This document shows positions 39,761 through 53,079 of a stretch of 64,000 nt of DNA, in pieces. Source of the stretch: Raillietiella orientalis (lineage: Eukaryota); the NCBI GenBank assembly GCA_036172245.1, contig JAYWIR010000017.1:2790001-2854000 (forward strand). The letters are read 5' to 3'. Every line of letters starts with the position of its first letter. Within the stretch, counting starts at the first letter, position 1. The notes under the pieces were generated by a model. That model was not told the DNA's origin. It worked only from the letters and a program-made list of their open reading frames with translations, and ran no database searches. Position numbers and translations under genes: made by a program.

Positions 39761-40695
39761 TCGTCCTTTCATTCACGGATTTATTACCATTTCGTTAAAA
39801 ATGTGGATCATCGAACTTCGCCCGGCATTTCTATCCGACAGCAAATTGCCATTCTGCTTTGAGGTCCTTAGATTGTCAATGAATCATTCAACTGCTCTAA
39901 GAAACTGATGGCGTGTGTTCTCGAAACAGGTATCCAGAAATTCACAATGACGGTTTCTTCTATTTTAAAATGACATATTCAATAACCTTAATCTTGCGGG
40001 AAAAAAGTTCTCCAAAAATGAATACTCTACAAATCAGTCTAAAGTATCGACTTGAAAATAGTGATATCTGAAGACATAACACCATTATTACTGTTATTCG
40101 ATAATAATGCACTATTTAGTATAAGTACCTTTACATTTTTTTAAAAAAAAAATAAAAATATTGATTCGTTCCTCGTCTCATTTTTTGTTACTGAAGAAAC
40201 CCTGATTATCTGCTTTCTTTTTCTTTTTTTTTTCATGAGCATATTCTACGAGAGCTTTCCGTTCCCATAGAGACGGAAAAATGGAGATCGAGATTTTAGA
40301 ACGGGGTTCGAATGATTTCTTTTCTCTTCAAAATACTGCAACGCAACGCCGCTAAAGCCCATGAGGTACCATCGGCTGCTGTAACACCAAATCCCACAAA
40401 AGGGAGAAAAAAAACACTTTGGTGGCCACATTAACAAGTCAATACTTTGGCGAGTGACGAAGTTACTGCTTTTCAATCATCAGCACTACCGGTTCAGCTG
40501 GAATCGAATTCAAAGGCTCTTCTTTGCTGAGCTCGAACGAGCGCGTTGGTGGTCACGTTGGTCAACTGCTTGACTCGGACCGCGCGGACGTCTCGCAGCT
40601 TGGAGGAGGGCAGACCTTTCTCCGCGAGACACTTTCAGGCTCGAAAAGATTTCGTTCAGAACACAAGCAAGGACAACGCGAGAGTTGCTCATTAC

Positions 40696-40786
40696 CACTG
40701 AGGCGTCCCGGTGATCCGAGTGCGAAGCTCATCGGGAAGAAAAGGAGGTGGAGCACAACGGTCCGGGACCACGAATCCTGCTGCAT
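40696..40786 (-). CDS. Candidate signal-peptide exon (MQQDSWSRTVVLHLLFFPMSFALGSPGRLS), possibly exon 1 of the Kunitz/VWC gene
   Basis: Hydrophobic core with an ALG-S cleavage-like site; ends in a phase-1 donor G|GTAATG matching the phase-1 acceptor at 31703. Confidence 0.35.
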
Positions 40787-41989
40787 CCTTGCTCAGAAAG
40801 GCTTCCCACTGGCAACACGAATCCTGCACATTCGAATCTCCGTTTCCAAATTTCGCATTGAAGTGAATGCCTTTATTGGTCTGGCACGGTCCTTCGGTCC
40901 GGTGGTGTACACATTAATGTACGCGAGATCATTTGAACGTGGGGTCTGGTTCGGTTTCGGAGTACAGAAATGAATGAACTAAGATGTAGGGAGACCATTC
41001 ATCCGTCTATCTGCACCAAGTATTTACATAAACACGATAAGGATTTCAGGGATATCAGCACACTTCTCAAGATAACTGCACTGGATTAGTGTAAATATAG
41101 TCGCATACGTTTGCTTGAATTTTAAAAATAAACTTTTTTTTGTTTGAGCATTCGGCATTTCCTTTTTGAAATACAAAATGCGTGATACAGAATTTAAAAA
41201 AAAGAAAAAAAGCATCGGAAAAAATTCTCGAGAATTTCAGACTTTTCATGAAGATGACCGGTTTGAACTTTAAACGACTCTCCAGTTCGGATTTTGAAAT
41301 GGCAAACGGACGTGCCTCCTCGTTTTTCCCGGAATTCCGAAAAAGGGATGCCCCTCCCACAGGGTTTGGGAAGGATGGACTCATTTTATCTGCTTCAATT
41401 CTTTCGTTTGAGCATTCTGAAGGATCTTTGAGCGAATCTCCAATTGAACTTTTTTCCGATCTCTAAGCTCAATGCGGGGCTGTCGAATACTCTAATCTAG
41501 CAAAAAGTAAACAAAGAAAAAAAAAAAAAGTCGAAATCTGCTTATGAAAAGGATGAAACGAAAAAGAATGATGAGCACTGCACTTTTATCGCATCACCTT
41601 TTTTCTTAGATCGTAAAATGCTCGTGGATCATCTTACATGGATATCCTATTCGAAGAAGCTGCTTCTGCATTTCCGGGCAACTGCACAAATGGGAGAGCA
41701 GAACTTTTGGCGCGCTTCCGCTCAACAAAAACTGAGGAAAAACGAAAACGACAAGAAATTCCGTCTGTTAACAAATCATTGCATATGCAAGGGCGCGAGA
41801 TGTCTACTTGTCAGTGTAGCTCCATCTTTTTATGTGGATTCATTCTATAAGAAGGAGGCTTCCTTCTACAGCTGTTATCTGCATGTGTCTGCTTTCTAAG
41901 AACGATGACCCGCAATAGGGAAACTGAAACTAGATTTCGCTCTTCCACTTCGTTCCACTCCTATGCAGGAGAAATTGAAACACCATCTT

Positions 41990-43110
41990 TCAACATGGGC
42001 TGGAGAGCTCAAGTTGAAGATCTGCCTTGAAGCTAACCTGAACTTGAGACAGAATCAAAGAATGGGTAATCACAAGACATCGATCGTCAGTTGAACATGC
42101 GAAACATTGCGAATAAACATTCAGCAATCTGATGTTTGCTTGGCGTGTCCAGCAGGCCACTGAAACAGACACCCTTTTTACACACTCCCTTCAGATAGGC
42201 GATCTTTCCGCATACTCTTCCACTGAGTCTCCGGAATGGCTTGGGAGGTCTAAAGTGAAGCAACTGGGAATTCCGATCATCAGAAACCTCGGAATGGCCT
42301 TATAACATCGGGAATGGGGTTCCTCGGATCGATTCCATCCTCGGGAAACTTCAAAGTCCAAAGGTCTGCTGTTTCCTATATGTACCTGAACGGACATGGA
42401 AACCTGGAAGTGCGAGCTGTTTGTAATTGCTTGCTCTGCACTCCATGGCTTCCACATCTCCAGATACATGTAGAAGTATGCCTGTCTGTACCATCCAGTA
42501 CTGAGTACTTCCGAGACCAATCGCCCTCAAGCGCCGGTAATAACCTTGAATTTAACAAAGAAAGCATTACATCATGCCACTGTTCTCCCGTATCAGACAT
42601 GACACGTCAGTTCCTGTAGTCCTTCTCAGCATCGAGAATATTCTCTCACCAGAGCCACTTTCGATATCTTATCTCTTCAGTGGAGATCACTGGCTCCAGT
42701 CAAGCTAGCATCAATCGCTGGAACCCTCTGTCATTTGCAAAGCTTCCAACTTTTCGTCTGCATCGTTCCCAACATTCTAATTCTTTACTGATTGCGTGTT
42801 GGCTCCCGTGTTCTCTGCGAACGGATCCCGCGAATGGCCTCTTCTTTGGATGAAACCTCTGATCCCATCACATCATTCTTTTTTTTCACTGTACGACGGT
42901 GTCTAAGTTGTTGAGTTCTTAGGTGCTGCTGATATCGTTTCCATGTATTTCTCACCCGATTCGGCAGCCAGTTCCTGTTGCTTCTGAGCTGCGCTCCGGA
43001 ACCCCACCACCAAGGATACCTCACTATCTGCGATCGTGAACAATTCCATACTTGCTTTACGCCTGGAGGACTGTGAAATGGCAAAGGTCGCGAGAAGGTG
43101 ACACACTTAA
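41990..43110 (-). mobile_element. Decayed LINE remnant (gag zinc-knuckle-like and AP-endonuclease-like fragments)
   Basis: 'CIWRCGSHGVQSKQ' (CCHC-like) upstream of 'IRLLNVYS' (endonuclease INVY-like); many stops and frameshifts. Confidence 0.35.
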
Positions 43111-43769
43111 TTTATCGAAACAGGACGAGGGTTAGGGGCATGTCCGCTTTGTCATTCGGGGATTTTTCTAATACATCCAAAGATTTATTTGCAGAGAACC
43201 CACAGTTCGGGATAGAAACAGGGTTTCCAGATTCAAAACGCTTTTTCTCGGTTGAATTTACCAAGACCGAGACGTGTCAAATAGAACTCTGGATTTTTTT
43301 TTTTTCTGAGAGAAAGATAAGGGGAGGAGCTTAACGATGAATACATTAGAGACGCAAGACTGGAATGAGATGAGACGTGAGGGGCAGAGTTCAATTCCAT
43401 GGTGAGCTGTAATGGTGCTCTTTGATTGATTTGATTCTTCCAGCTCATGGTTGCTTTTCAGTGGCTGCAATTCCAGACCTCTCACGGCGTCAGCAGCAGT
43501 TTTTTGGATAAAATACGAATAACTTCAGCTCAAGTGTTTCAGTTTCCGCGCAGGATAACACGAAATCTAATATTCTTGTAACAGTTTCATCTACGAGCCC
43601 TCCATTTCATTGGTTTGATTTCGATTCTTTTCTTGAATTCAAAATTGTGAATTGGAACGTTAGCAATTTATCCACCACAATCATCCCAAAGCAAGTAGAT
43701 GTTTTCGAATGTTTGCCACATCTACAACTTCCGAATAAATCGGAGCCTTGAGATGGAAAACTTTTCCTA

Positions 43770-45800
43770 GCTACGAAATGCGCCCGTAGAAGAAATCCAT
43801 GGATGAGAAATCGCCAAACCCGATGGGGACGTCAGATGAGTCTCCAGCGAGAAGCAAGATAATGTCTCGATCCAAATTTGCAAAGTGCAAGACGCGATAT
43901 CGCAGAATGTCTCCAGAGACCAGCACCGTCCGACAGCGACACGGAGGTCTAATGAACCACGACGAGGAGGCATGCACAGCATCCGCAGCAGAAGAAACGT
44001 AAGAAGAGGGGAAAGGTCGCCAAATAAAACGCTATAGCAGACGACCAGAAGCCTGGAAATGACCTCCTAGAACGTCAACAGGTGCTCCAACTAGGAGATA
44101 CCGTAACGATCATGCAGACTCACTCGGCACGAAGGCATTCTCTGGCTCCAGGAAACCCACGATATGGCCCAGAACACCGGGATGGGGCTCCAAAGCCGAC
44201 TGAGCGACCGACCGTTCGTGAGCTGCTGCAGACGCAACTCGAAAGGGGTTGCGATCCTCCTGGGAAACGAATTGTCGCACACCACGCTGGAGATGTCTGT
44301 GGCTTGGGAAAATCCGTTGGAGCCGGAATGTCTCAGTCCGGAAGCGTTCACTTCGTGATGTACGGATCCACATCACAGGGAAGGAAGCAGCGCGGGCATC
44401 CTACGGAGAGAATTCGTACCAAAAGGCATCGTAATCTTCAGCACAGAGTCTGAAATTCAGCGATACCCTAAGAATCGGGGCATCGACGGCTGCCGGAGGA
44501 TTTCAGACTTAGATAACGCACAGCATGCCACAAGCCGATCATGTCCTTTACAGCGAGAAGATTGAGAACCGACTGCAGAGATTCCGGGACATGCCGTCAC
44601 TGCTCTCGGATCATCCCCTGCTGCAATTCACCATACAGATGGAGAATCCTCGGGGGAAATCAACGTCCAGAAATCCAGAATGTTGGTCATCGGAATCCCG
44701 GACTTGACTGCCTTGATGGCAGGAGAATCTCGAGTGGTGTGCAGTTAAGTACCTGGAAGTCAACGTTGGAGACTCCTCAGCCGCCAACAATTCAGTGGAA
44801 AGAAATCCTGGGAAAGACGACCGGAGAAGCCAACAAAAACAAGAGAGCTGACTTCAGCTCCAAACAGAAGGCCCACTTGTGGAACAGAGCTCTGCTCCCC
44901 ATGATTCTATTCGGAAAGGTCTTCTATCCATTGAAGCAGAATGAAGAATAATTTGTAAAAGGTTCAAAGTCATCTTTTGTGGATAAGCTACAGGCAACGT
45001 GTTTAACGCAAAAATCTATCACTCAAGGGACGAAGGTGGTATTGGAATGAAGCCGAAGGAATGGCCAATCCAGCTTAACGACGCTCGATAGCTCCTGAAT
45101 GCTACGAAAAACCGGGATGAGTGGCCATACGTCACACATAACTCAGACTGGTTCAGGGTCCAGTGGCTTGATGATAGACCTGTAATTGAAGGCGACCCAT
45201 TGGACGAAATCGACCTCACGTTGCCAAGGAAAAAAAAGCTCGTAACTATCAAGAGGCTGAACCCAAAGGCGAGGAGAAAGCTCTGGGATGAAGAGCTGGT
45301 CCTGGTGATTTGCTGCATCCATGGGCAACAGGACAGCGGATTCACCGAAGGCCACAATTGAAGACTGGACACTGAGATCAGTTCGAGTGGACACCAATAA
45401 GAGATACGGCTGTTCCAATACATAACCAAACTGAGAGGAAAAGTGACTAGTTAGCTCGGAAACTCTGGTGGGACCGAAGACGCGTGAAGCCTAATTGAGA
45501 AAGCCAACAAGAGGCACCGCGTGTGAAGATGTGACACGGGGGAATAGAGCAATGTTTCCGAACAGCGAACGCCAATTGCAGAGCACGGTGATCTAGAAAT
45601 AGGATTTGCTATGGGGAACACAAGAGGAGGAGGATCTTTTATCACGGAGGAGGATTCTCGTATGGTTTTCGACTCCAACATGTAACGGAGAACGCCAAGT
45701 ACGAGACTGGCAAAACATGAAGAAGGAGGGAAATCCAACTCTACATATTCACCTGTCGAACGTTTACTTACGATTGGAGATTGGTGGGGCAAGTGATAGA
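43770..45800 (+). mobile_element. Internally deleted L1/Tx1-clade LINE (APE endonuclease joined almost directly to RT C-terminus)
   Basis: ILWLQETH, SKGVAILL, DHVLYS...LSDHPLL (APE, ~44135-44640), then VKYLEV (~44745), 'KAHLWNRALLP' and YHSRDEGGIGM (~45020-45050). Confidence 0.75.
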
Positions 45801-47135
45801 CTAGTAGGACAAGACGGGGACAGAGATCCTAAGTGGACTCTAAGGAGAAGAAACTGTCCATGCGTACAACCCCTTGCTGTCGCGACCAACTATTCTTCAT
45901 CACGAGCATCGTGATAAAGTGGAAGGTGTGCCATGGAAGAGACGTTACAGCCTGGAAATCCTGCAAGGAATGATGAAAAGAGACAGAAATCCACAGTTGC
46001 AGAGGGGTTCCTGCTTGGACATTCCGATGAACTTTGCAAAAGTTGTAAGTGACTGGCCGAGTGCCGAATACCCCGAACACCCTACAGTGCGAGACGACCG
46101 TGCCGTGTACAAACTGCGTTTCCAAGTGCCAACTTCTGTATGGGCTGATGGATAAGGATCTGATGTGCACTGGCTGGTGGTTCTTTTGTATGTCGTCTTG
46201 TTAAAACCGCTCATCGGACTGGGATGTGGAGTCTGAAAACAGAAGTTCGATCCCAAACGATGCTTTCGTAGTTTTATGAAATGATTTCTTACAGGAAAGT
46301 GCATGCTGACATGCAGAGTTAAGAGGAGCTGTTTTTTGTTTCTGGATGGCAGCTGGCACGTTGTTCGTTTCTTGATTTTCATTATTTCAGGGCTCTCCGA
46401 AGAAAATTGCAGAATTAGCTGTTCGAAGATGATACTGTTGCAAGAACTCCAAATTAACAGATGACTGCACCAGGTTCTCATTTTGCTGTGACAGTATAGA
46501 ATTGACATGACTTACACAGTGGCGAAAGTATGTGAATCAAAACAACAACACTGAAAAGTGAACGTATCCACTCATGTTTGACACTGAGGTGAGTGCGGAA
46601 AAAATTACGTGGGTTCACTGTTTCTGGCATCATCATAATCCTTATACCTTTCAAGTCAATTTGCATGACACTATTTTAATAGCAAAATGGATTTATTGCT
46701 CGAAAGACAAACTATAAAGTTTTAAGTGGCGTTTCTCTGTGCAAATGTGCAGACCTTTTGCAAGCACTGCTGATTAGTATGATTATTACCAAATTAGTAT
46801 GATTATAGTGAGTATTAAAGATATATCTAATTTGAATCTGAGGCTTAAAGGTATACCTAACATGAGGACAACCAAGGATTCTTTCGAAGATGAATCGGAA
46901 AGTTCGAGTATCACAAATCATGCTTTTGGAGAGATAAACTGGATCTTAAATATTGTGATATGAATCTTTCCTAAACTATTTGCACAAAGCCGATTATAGA
47001 ATCAGATGTTAATCACGTCACCATTTTTTGTTTTTTTATTTTTTACCAATTTTCATTCACTTTATCACACATATATAATTATACATAAGGCACTAAAATA
47101 AATATAATGGGCATGCATCTTGGGTTTGATTTCCT

Positions 47136-50100
47136 TTACACGTTTTCAATTTTATTCCAGTACATTTCATTTCCTGTACCCAGTAACAAAAACATGGTGT
47201 TTCCTAATACATATATTCCTGCAGATGTGTAGAAGACTTTGTTCCAGTTTTCAAGTGTTTGCTAAAACACAATAATAATACCTTTTTAAAAATAAAATGA
47301 AAACTTTATCCATACATTACTTAGAACATCTAATGGTTCCAATATGCCACTTTTGCATTTCAAACGTAAAAACATTTTTATTGTATACTTGAATATTTGA
47401 TATTACAGTTTAATGCATCCATTTGTTATGAAAGAGTTAAATGAATGGCTCACATAAAAGACATCTTCAGTGATTTTCAAGTGAGGCAATTTAAGCAGCC
47501 TGCACAAACAATTTTTGATAAGTTTCTGGATACTGACAGAAGCATTCATCATGAAATAGTATCATGGTATTAAATAATTATAATGATGATTAGTGAAAAC
47601 TCAGAATTAAAAACAAAATGATAAACCAAAAAGAGGAAAGTAAAATTTACTGATAACCAACCTAGCTTTTACCGATTTCCATCAAACTACGAACATGATG
47701 TTTACTGAGTAGCATGATCACAATTTTAAAAAAAGTTATTGGGAAACATACGTCCACAGCCTATACTCATAATTTGCTATAGCTAATATTTGGGTAAAAA
47801 TATAACGCAATTATCAGTTTTGCATATTTATGTTATATTTTTCAAAGAATGTGAACATCTGAATCTTTCACGAACTTTTCCGATATGTTGAAACATTACA
47901 AAGTTAACTAGATACTAACAATTAAACAGAATTCTACTAATTCTTTCCCTCAAAAATTAGAAATAAAAATGCGCCCTGCTGGAAATATACAAAAAAACGA
48001 ATTTTCAAGCTTGTTTTTAGACTGATTAAACTAAATACAACTTCAATTTACTCATAGATCTAAGGGGCTTTTGATGACATAATAATTGACTAAAATAAGT
48101 TTCATGATTAGAATTCATTACTTCAATTAAAACATGTGAATCTAGGCCTTACTTTATGCATTAGTTTCTAGAAAGATTGAAGATTTGAGGGAAAGTTTCC
48201 ACTACTTAACATCTGATCTATAACTTCTGAGATACTGAAATTGTACTCTCTTCCACCTTGATCCAATCTCTGTAATATTGCAAACTAGAATGTGCATAAT
48301 TGCTTGATACTATGATATGATAAATAACACGACTGATTAGAAAAAAGTCATGTTTATGTGGTATCATTTGTCTTTAGAACTTTGTACGTTTCAAATCCCT
48401 TAGTCCAGAAATTCTGTTATAAAAATATCTGCAGTTCCTTGAAAACTTCAATTTTTCTAAGAATCTAACTGGTATTACAGATTTCAATTAGATATTATAG
48501 ATATTATATTTTAATATTTCTAAGCTGGCTACTTTTTTTTTGTGTTGACAAATTGAGTCTCACAATTAAGTCAATTGTAAAACTAAGTCATTTCACAATC
48601 ATACAATAAACTAAAGTTACCCAACACGTGAGAATATTCGCCATTTTATTCATTAAATAGTTTCAGTTCTGACTCCAAAACATCCTGTGAATAATCGATC
48701 ATTATTATTATACTTAAACAGTGGAAGATAGATATCTACTCAATTTGATTTCTAATGCAATTAAAGATCAAATCTTATATTCCAAGAATAAAATTAAGAT
48801 TAAAGATATTACCTCTTTGTTTGTCATGTATCCCACAAAATATGGTGCAAAAATGCCTGTCAGTGTGGCCATTGTATTAGTTAATCCCATAAGGATTCCA
48901 GCATAATTTGATGCAATATCAATATGATTTGCTGCATGACCAGAATATGAAGCTCCATGAAAACCCATAGCAACACAGAGCAATGAAATCACAGCCAATG
49001 AATCACACTGTGCCCATGAAATACCCAACAGGGCCAAAGCAGGAATGATTGTTCCTAAAGAGAACAGAAAATTCCAACCCACTTGGACAGGTATTTACCA
49101 ATACAGTTAAACAACTTTCTTGTAAAAGTTATACTCAGTATGCCTTTCACAATGAGCCTGTCAGCAGTCCAACTGGTGCAAACAGCAGTAATCCAAAAAA
49201 CAAAATAAGGAATGGATGACAAAATCCCATTCTGATAAAAAAAGTAATTAGCTCAATAGATTTTCAGTATCTGATGCACCTTTTTGATACTAAATCCCAA
49301 AATGTTGTGCATATACGTTGGGAGTTCAGTTAAGAGGGTATAAAAACCCCAATTTGAACCCATGTGGGCTAAAACTATACCCCATACTGGAAAAGAGAAG
49401 AAAATCTCATACCATGGAATTTTCATCTACAGATATTATGGAGCATCATAAGCAAAGGATCCTCGAAAAGTTTGCAGAAAACTCTTACAATTTCACGTCT
49501 TTCAACATAATGCAGAGAGTTATTTATAAATATCTGTTCTTCAGTACAAATTAAAGGATGCACAGATGGAGAGTCATACACTAGTGTTATCCAGAAAAAT
49601 GACCACACAATTGTGGCAACACCAAATACATAAAATGCTGATGGCCATCCACCAAATAATGAAGACTGACATAAAACTCCACTTAAGATTAGTGAAATCA
49701 CTGTACCAATGGAAGTGCCTACAAGATGTTACTCATTTTTTAAACACAAATTTAGAACTATAATAAACACATACCTGAATAAACAAATGCAGCCATCTTG
49801 CTTCTTTCCCAAGGAGGAGTCCATTTTGCCAATAAGGAATGCATTGCAGGAAATGTCACTCCCTAATTTAAAATAAAATTCTGGTGCATCAATGGAACAC
49901 CAGTTACAGAAATGTACATATTTCCTCATTAATATCAAACACGTTAGATACAGGTTAATAATATAGTTCGTAAAATATCAGTCTGCAAAGAACAAATGTA
50001 TTATAAAGCAATATGGAGACAATTACCATTTGCTAAAGGTCATTTTGGAGTACTCCTTTACTTTAATAGGAGGCGCACCAAAATGTAGCATTAAACGCCA

Positions 50101-53079
50101 TATCAAAAATATATTTGTTATTAATGTACCGCAGAATTTATCAACTAATAAACTGATCACTAATTAGGAAAAAAGAATATTCTTCAAAACTATGGAAAAA
50201 TTTGCAAGAGAGTAAAGACTTGTCTTTACTCTCTTGTCTTTATGACAAGTTTATAAATGAAGGGAAAACACAAGCCCATATTTTTTTTGAACATATACCC
50301 TTTTACTCGCAAAATGTTGTATGACAATAAAATAAAATGAAATTCAAATCTGTACACAATTATTTACACATTGGATTGATACATGAAAGAAAAAAAAAAA
50401 AAAATCAGTGCTATATTTTGTATCAGCTTTTGTCATTAGTATAATTGAATATTTTCCAAGTTTTATGGAATTTGGATTATATTACTACATAGATCTTATT
50501 TTTAATTCGTATTGCAAATGACCTCACAATATGATTAGTTCATTGGAAATCATGCCACATAAAAACGTTACACAACTCAAAAAACCAATCAAACTACTTT
50601 GATTTTTTGATGTTTACAGACTTTAAAAGTTAACTCATATGTTTGTTCTCGAGCAACACAAAGCTTCATTTCCCGTATTAAACAGAACTGAAACAAGTAC
50701 CTGACAAAAAGCAATTTTAAGAGTTATTCTGGCTAGGATGCTACACAGTTTTAATTGCAATGTTAGGATGATATAACATTCAGGACTCAAAAATACGTGC
50801 AGTTTCAGTTATGGAATAATCTTTTCAATCCATTTCTACTCTTAATTTTGCCAATAATGAAATTGTATCATCTAGGTGCCTTTCAGAACTCCTAGGTCAA
50901 CCTGGCATTACTTTAAAATCAGATACACTATCCAAGGAAGACTGCTCTAATGATTACAATCAATTTTGAAATGTTAACTCCATAAGGCATGAGATTCCAG
51001 TACTTGCAGTACTATTGGTTGCAATGATACTCCCAAGAATGCAAGGCCCAGGAAATTTAATGTACAAAACTGACAGACATAAGCACGATTTATGTTGATT
51101 GTTTTGGTGTGTTGACTATTATGTTGACTTTGTTTTCTTTTCCTTCATGGTTCCTTGGCACTTTCCTCTGGGGTGAGAACATTGTTCAGATCATCTGGTT
51201 GGGCTGCATTTTTTCTTCATACATGTGTTGCATAGATGCTACTTGAGAAGCGGATGCAGGTGGCTACCATCCACTGTCATAGTCTGATCAGCTTCTTTTT
51301 CAGAATTCCTAGGTATTGTAGAATGTTGTCATTTTCGGGATCCCATGCTCCAAGTGGGCCAATAAGGATCGCCTGCACTTTGGTTATTTTCCTAGTGTTT
51401 CCTAGTTGCATGGCGACATCATGGTATCTGGTCTCCCTTTATTTTCCTAGATGTGGTGAACGCCTCCTTTCCATTTTCAAATGGGCAGGAGATGTCCAGC
51501 ACACTTATTTGATTGGTTTTCTCTGAAACCAGGTCTGGTTTTAGGGTGGAGATGGTTTTCTTTTCCATTATTGTTGTTTTAGAATTCATCGTATTGTTTT
51601 TTTTAAAAGAAAGAAAACAAACCAAAACAAAGAAACAGCTGCGTATGGCACTTTAAAGCATTGAAAGAAGAATTAATAGCATTTACAAAGGATTCACACA
51701 CATTTATGAAATACTAGAAACTGAAAAGGTAACTTTAACAACACAACTGGGGATTGTCAGGAATCATGAATGCATATAAAAGGAAAATATTCTCAAGTAA
51801 TCAAGTGGATGAGATAAAATCATAAATCAAATGCCACATTCGTGAAAATATACCTTACATTACAAAGGTAATTGTTATGAAAAACAGTTGCTTTTTAAAA
51901 ATTTCGAACTATTCTCTTTTATGTACGAAATAATACATGCATTTCCAGAGAAGTACTGTTGATGAAAGTGTTGAAGCGATAAATTAAATCAATTGCAGGT
52001 TAGCCTAAATAAATATACTACTTACATTGCACAAAATAAAGATCTGTATGCATGAATAGAACAATAATGACTATAAATAAATGTGAACAAGGGTCCCCAA
52101 ATAGCATACTTCAATTAAAAAGGAAAATAATATTTTGGGTGTGAAAATTCATATAAAGGCAAAACATACCTACCTCTCCTAAACCTTCAATTACTCGAAC
52201 AGCAATAAGAAAATTCACACTTGTTCTTGCAGCTAACGGAGTTAACAGAGTAAACAATGCTGTAATTAAACAACCAATACAATAAATCCATTTGGCACTA
52301 TATCTTTGGGAAATTATACCACCAGGAATTTGGCTGACCAAATAACCCCAAAAAAAAGATCCTAACACAATGCCTTGTGTATGCTCATCCCAATCGAATT
52401 CATCCTTTGCAACATTACAACAAAAACAAATTGAAAATTTCTGGCAGTTTAATACTTCACATACTCACAAAGTCATTATTACCATAATGGATGTCATTTC
52501 TCAAGGGGAAAAGCATCCCATCTGACCTGGTATTATTAACACAAATTCCAGATAAATTACTGGATGAATTTTTGGTCATGGCAACAATCACAACGCTTAG
52601 ATTGGTTCTCATGGTGTATACATTTACAAATCCCCAAAATCCCAATATGGCAAGCACATGTCTACATGATATAGGACATGCTCCTAAAAGATTAGCATAA
52701 AGTTACTGGTTAGAGAATAGGCATAGGTCCCTGAAGTAAACATGCCAAACTTTTAAATTAAAAACTGACTGGTTGTTGATCTCAAATTTTAAGCACTGCA
52801 AAAACGTACAACACCAATCACATAGGAGCTCTACACATTTATTACAGGGAACAGCTGGTATAAATTTGACAAACAGTACAGAAACATTGACTGTTAACTT
52901 GCATGTTTCATTTATTTGGAATTAAAATCGGCTTGCACAATACCTAGTTTTGCCAAACCTGGATCTTCAGCATCACTACTACTACTGTCCGACAAAAGTG
53001 CTACAAAACTTTCGGTCGAACCATCATGTTTTGATCTCTTTCGTAGTTCCTTATCATCTTGGACAATGGGGCACAACAT
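47136..53079 (-). CDS. SLC17-family MFS anion transporter (sialin-like), 515 aa; complement(join(47136..47261,48813..49054,49099..49231,49280..49426,49489..49718,49775..49862,52174..52404,52469..52683,52944..53079))
   Basis: MRTNLSVVIVAM, FDWDEHTQGIVLGSFFWGY, RVIEGLGEGVTFPAMH..WTPPWERS, GGWPSAFY, NWGFYTLLTELPTY, NHIDIASNYAGILMGLTNT, WNKVFY. Nine exons sum to 1548 nt with consistent phases. Confidence 0.95.
50205..50236. repeat. Perfect 15-bp inverted repeat with 2-nt spacer (SLC17 intron 3)
   Basis: CAAGAGAGTAAAGAC-tt-GTCTTTACTCTCTTG. Confidence 0.9.
51100..51600 (-). mobile_element. 3' fragment of an RLE-type (R2 group; NeSL/Utopia-like) non-LTR retrotransposon within SLC17 intron 3
   Basis: KPDLV...VLDISCPFENGKEAF..SR.(frameshift)KETRY...LIGPLGAWDPENDNILQYLGI...SSSIYATHV*, the PD-(D/E)xK restriction-like endonuclease C-terminus. 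Confidence 0.85.

Noticed and set aside
47582..47653. ATGATGA...CTGA snoRNA-like pair
   Set aside because: Antisense to the SLC17 host intron, A-rich, with no terminal stem or guide.
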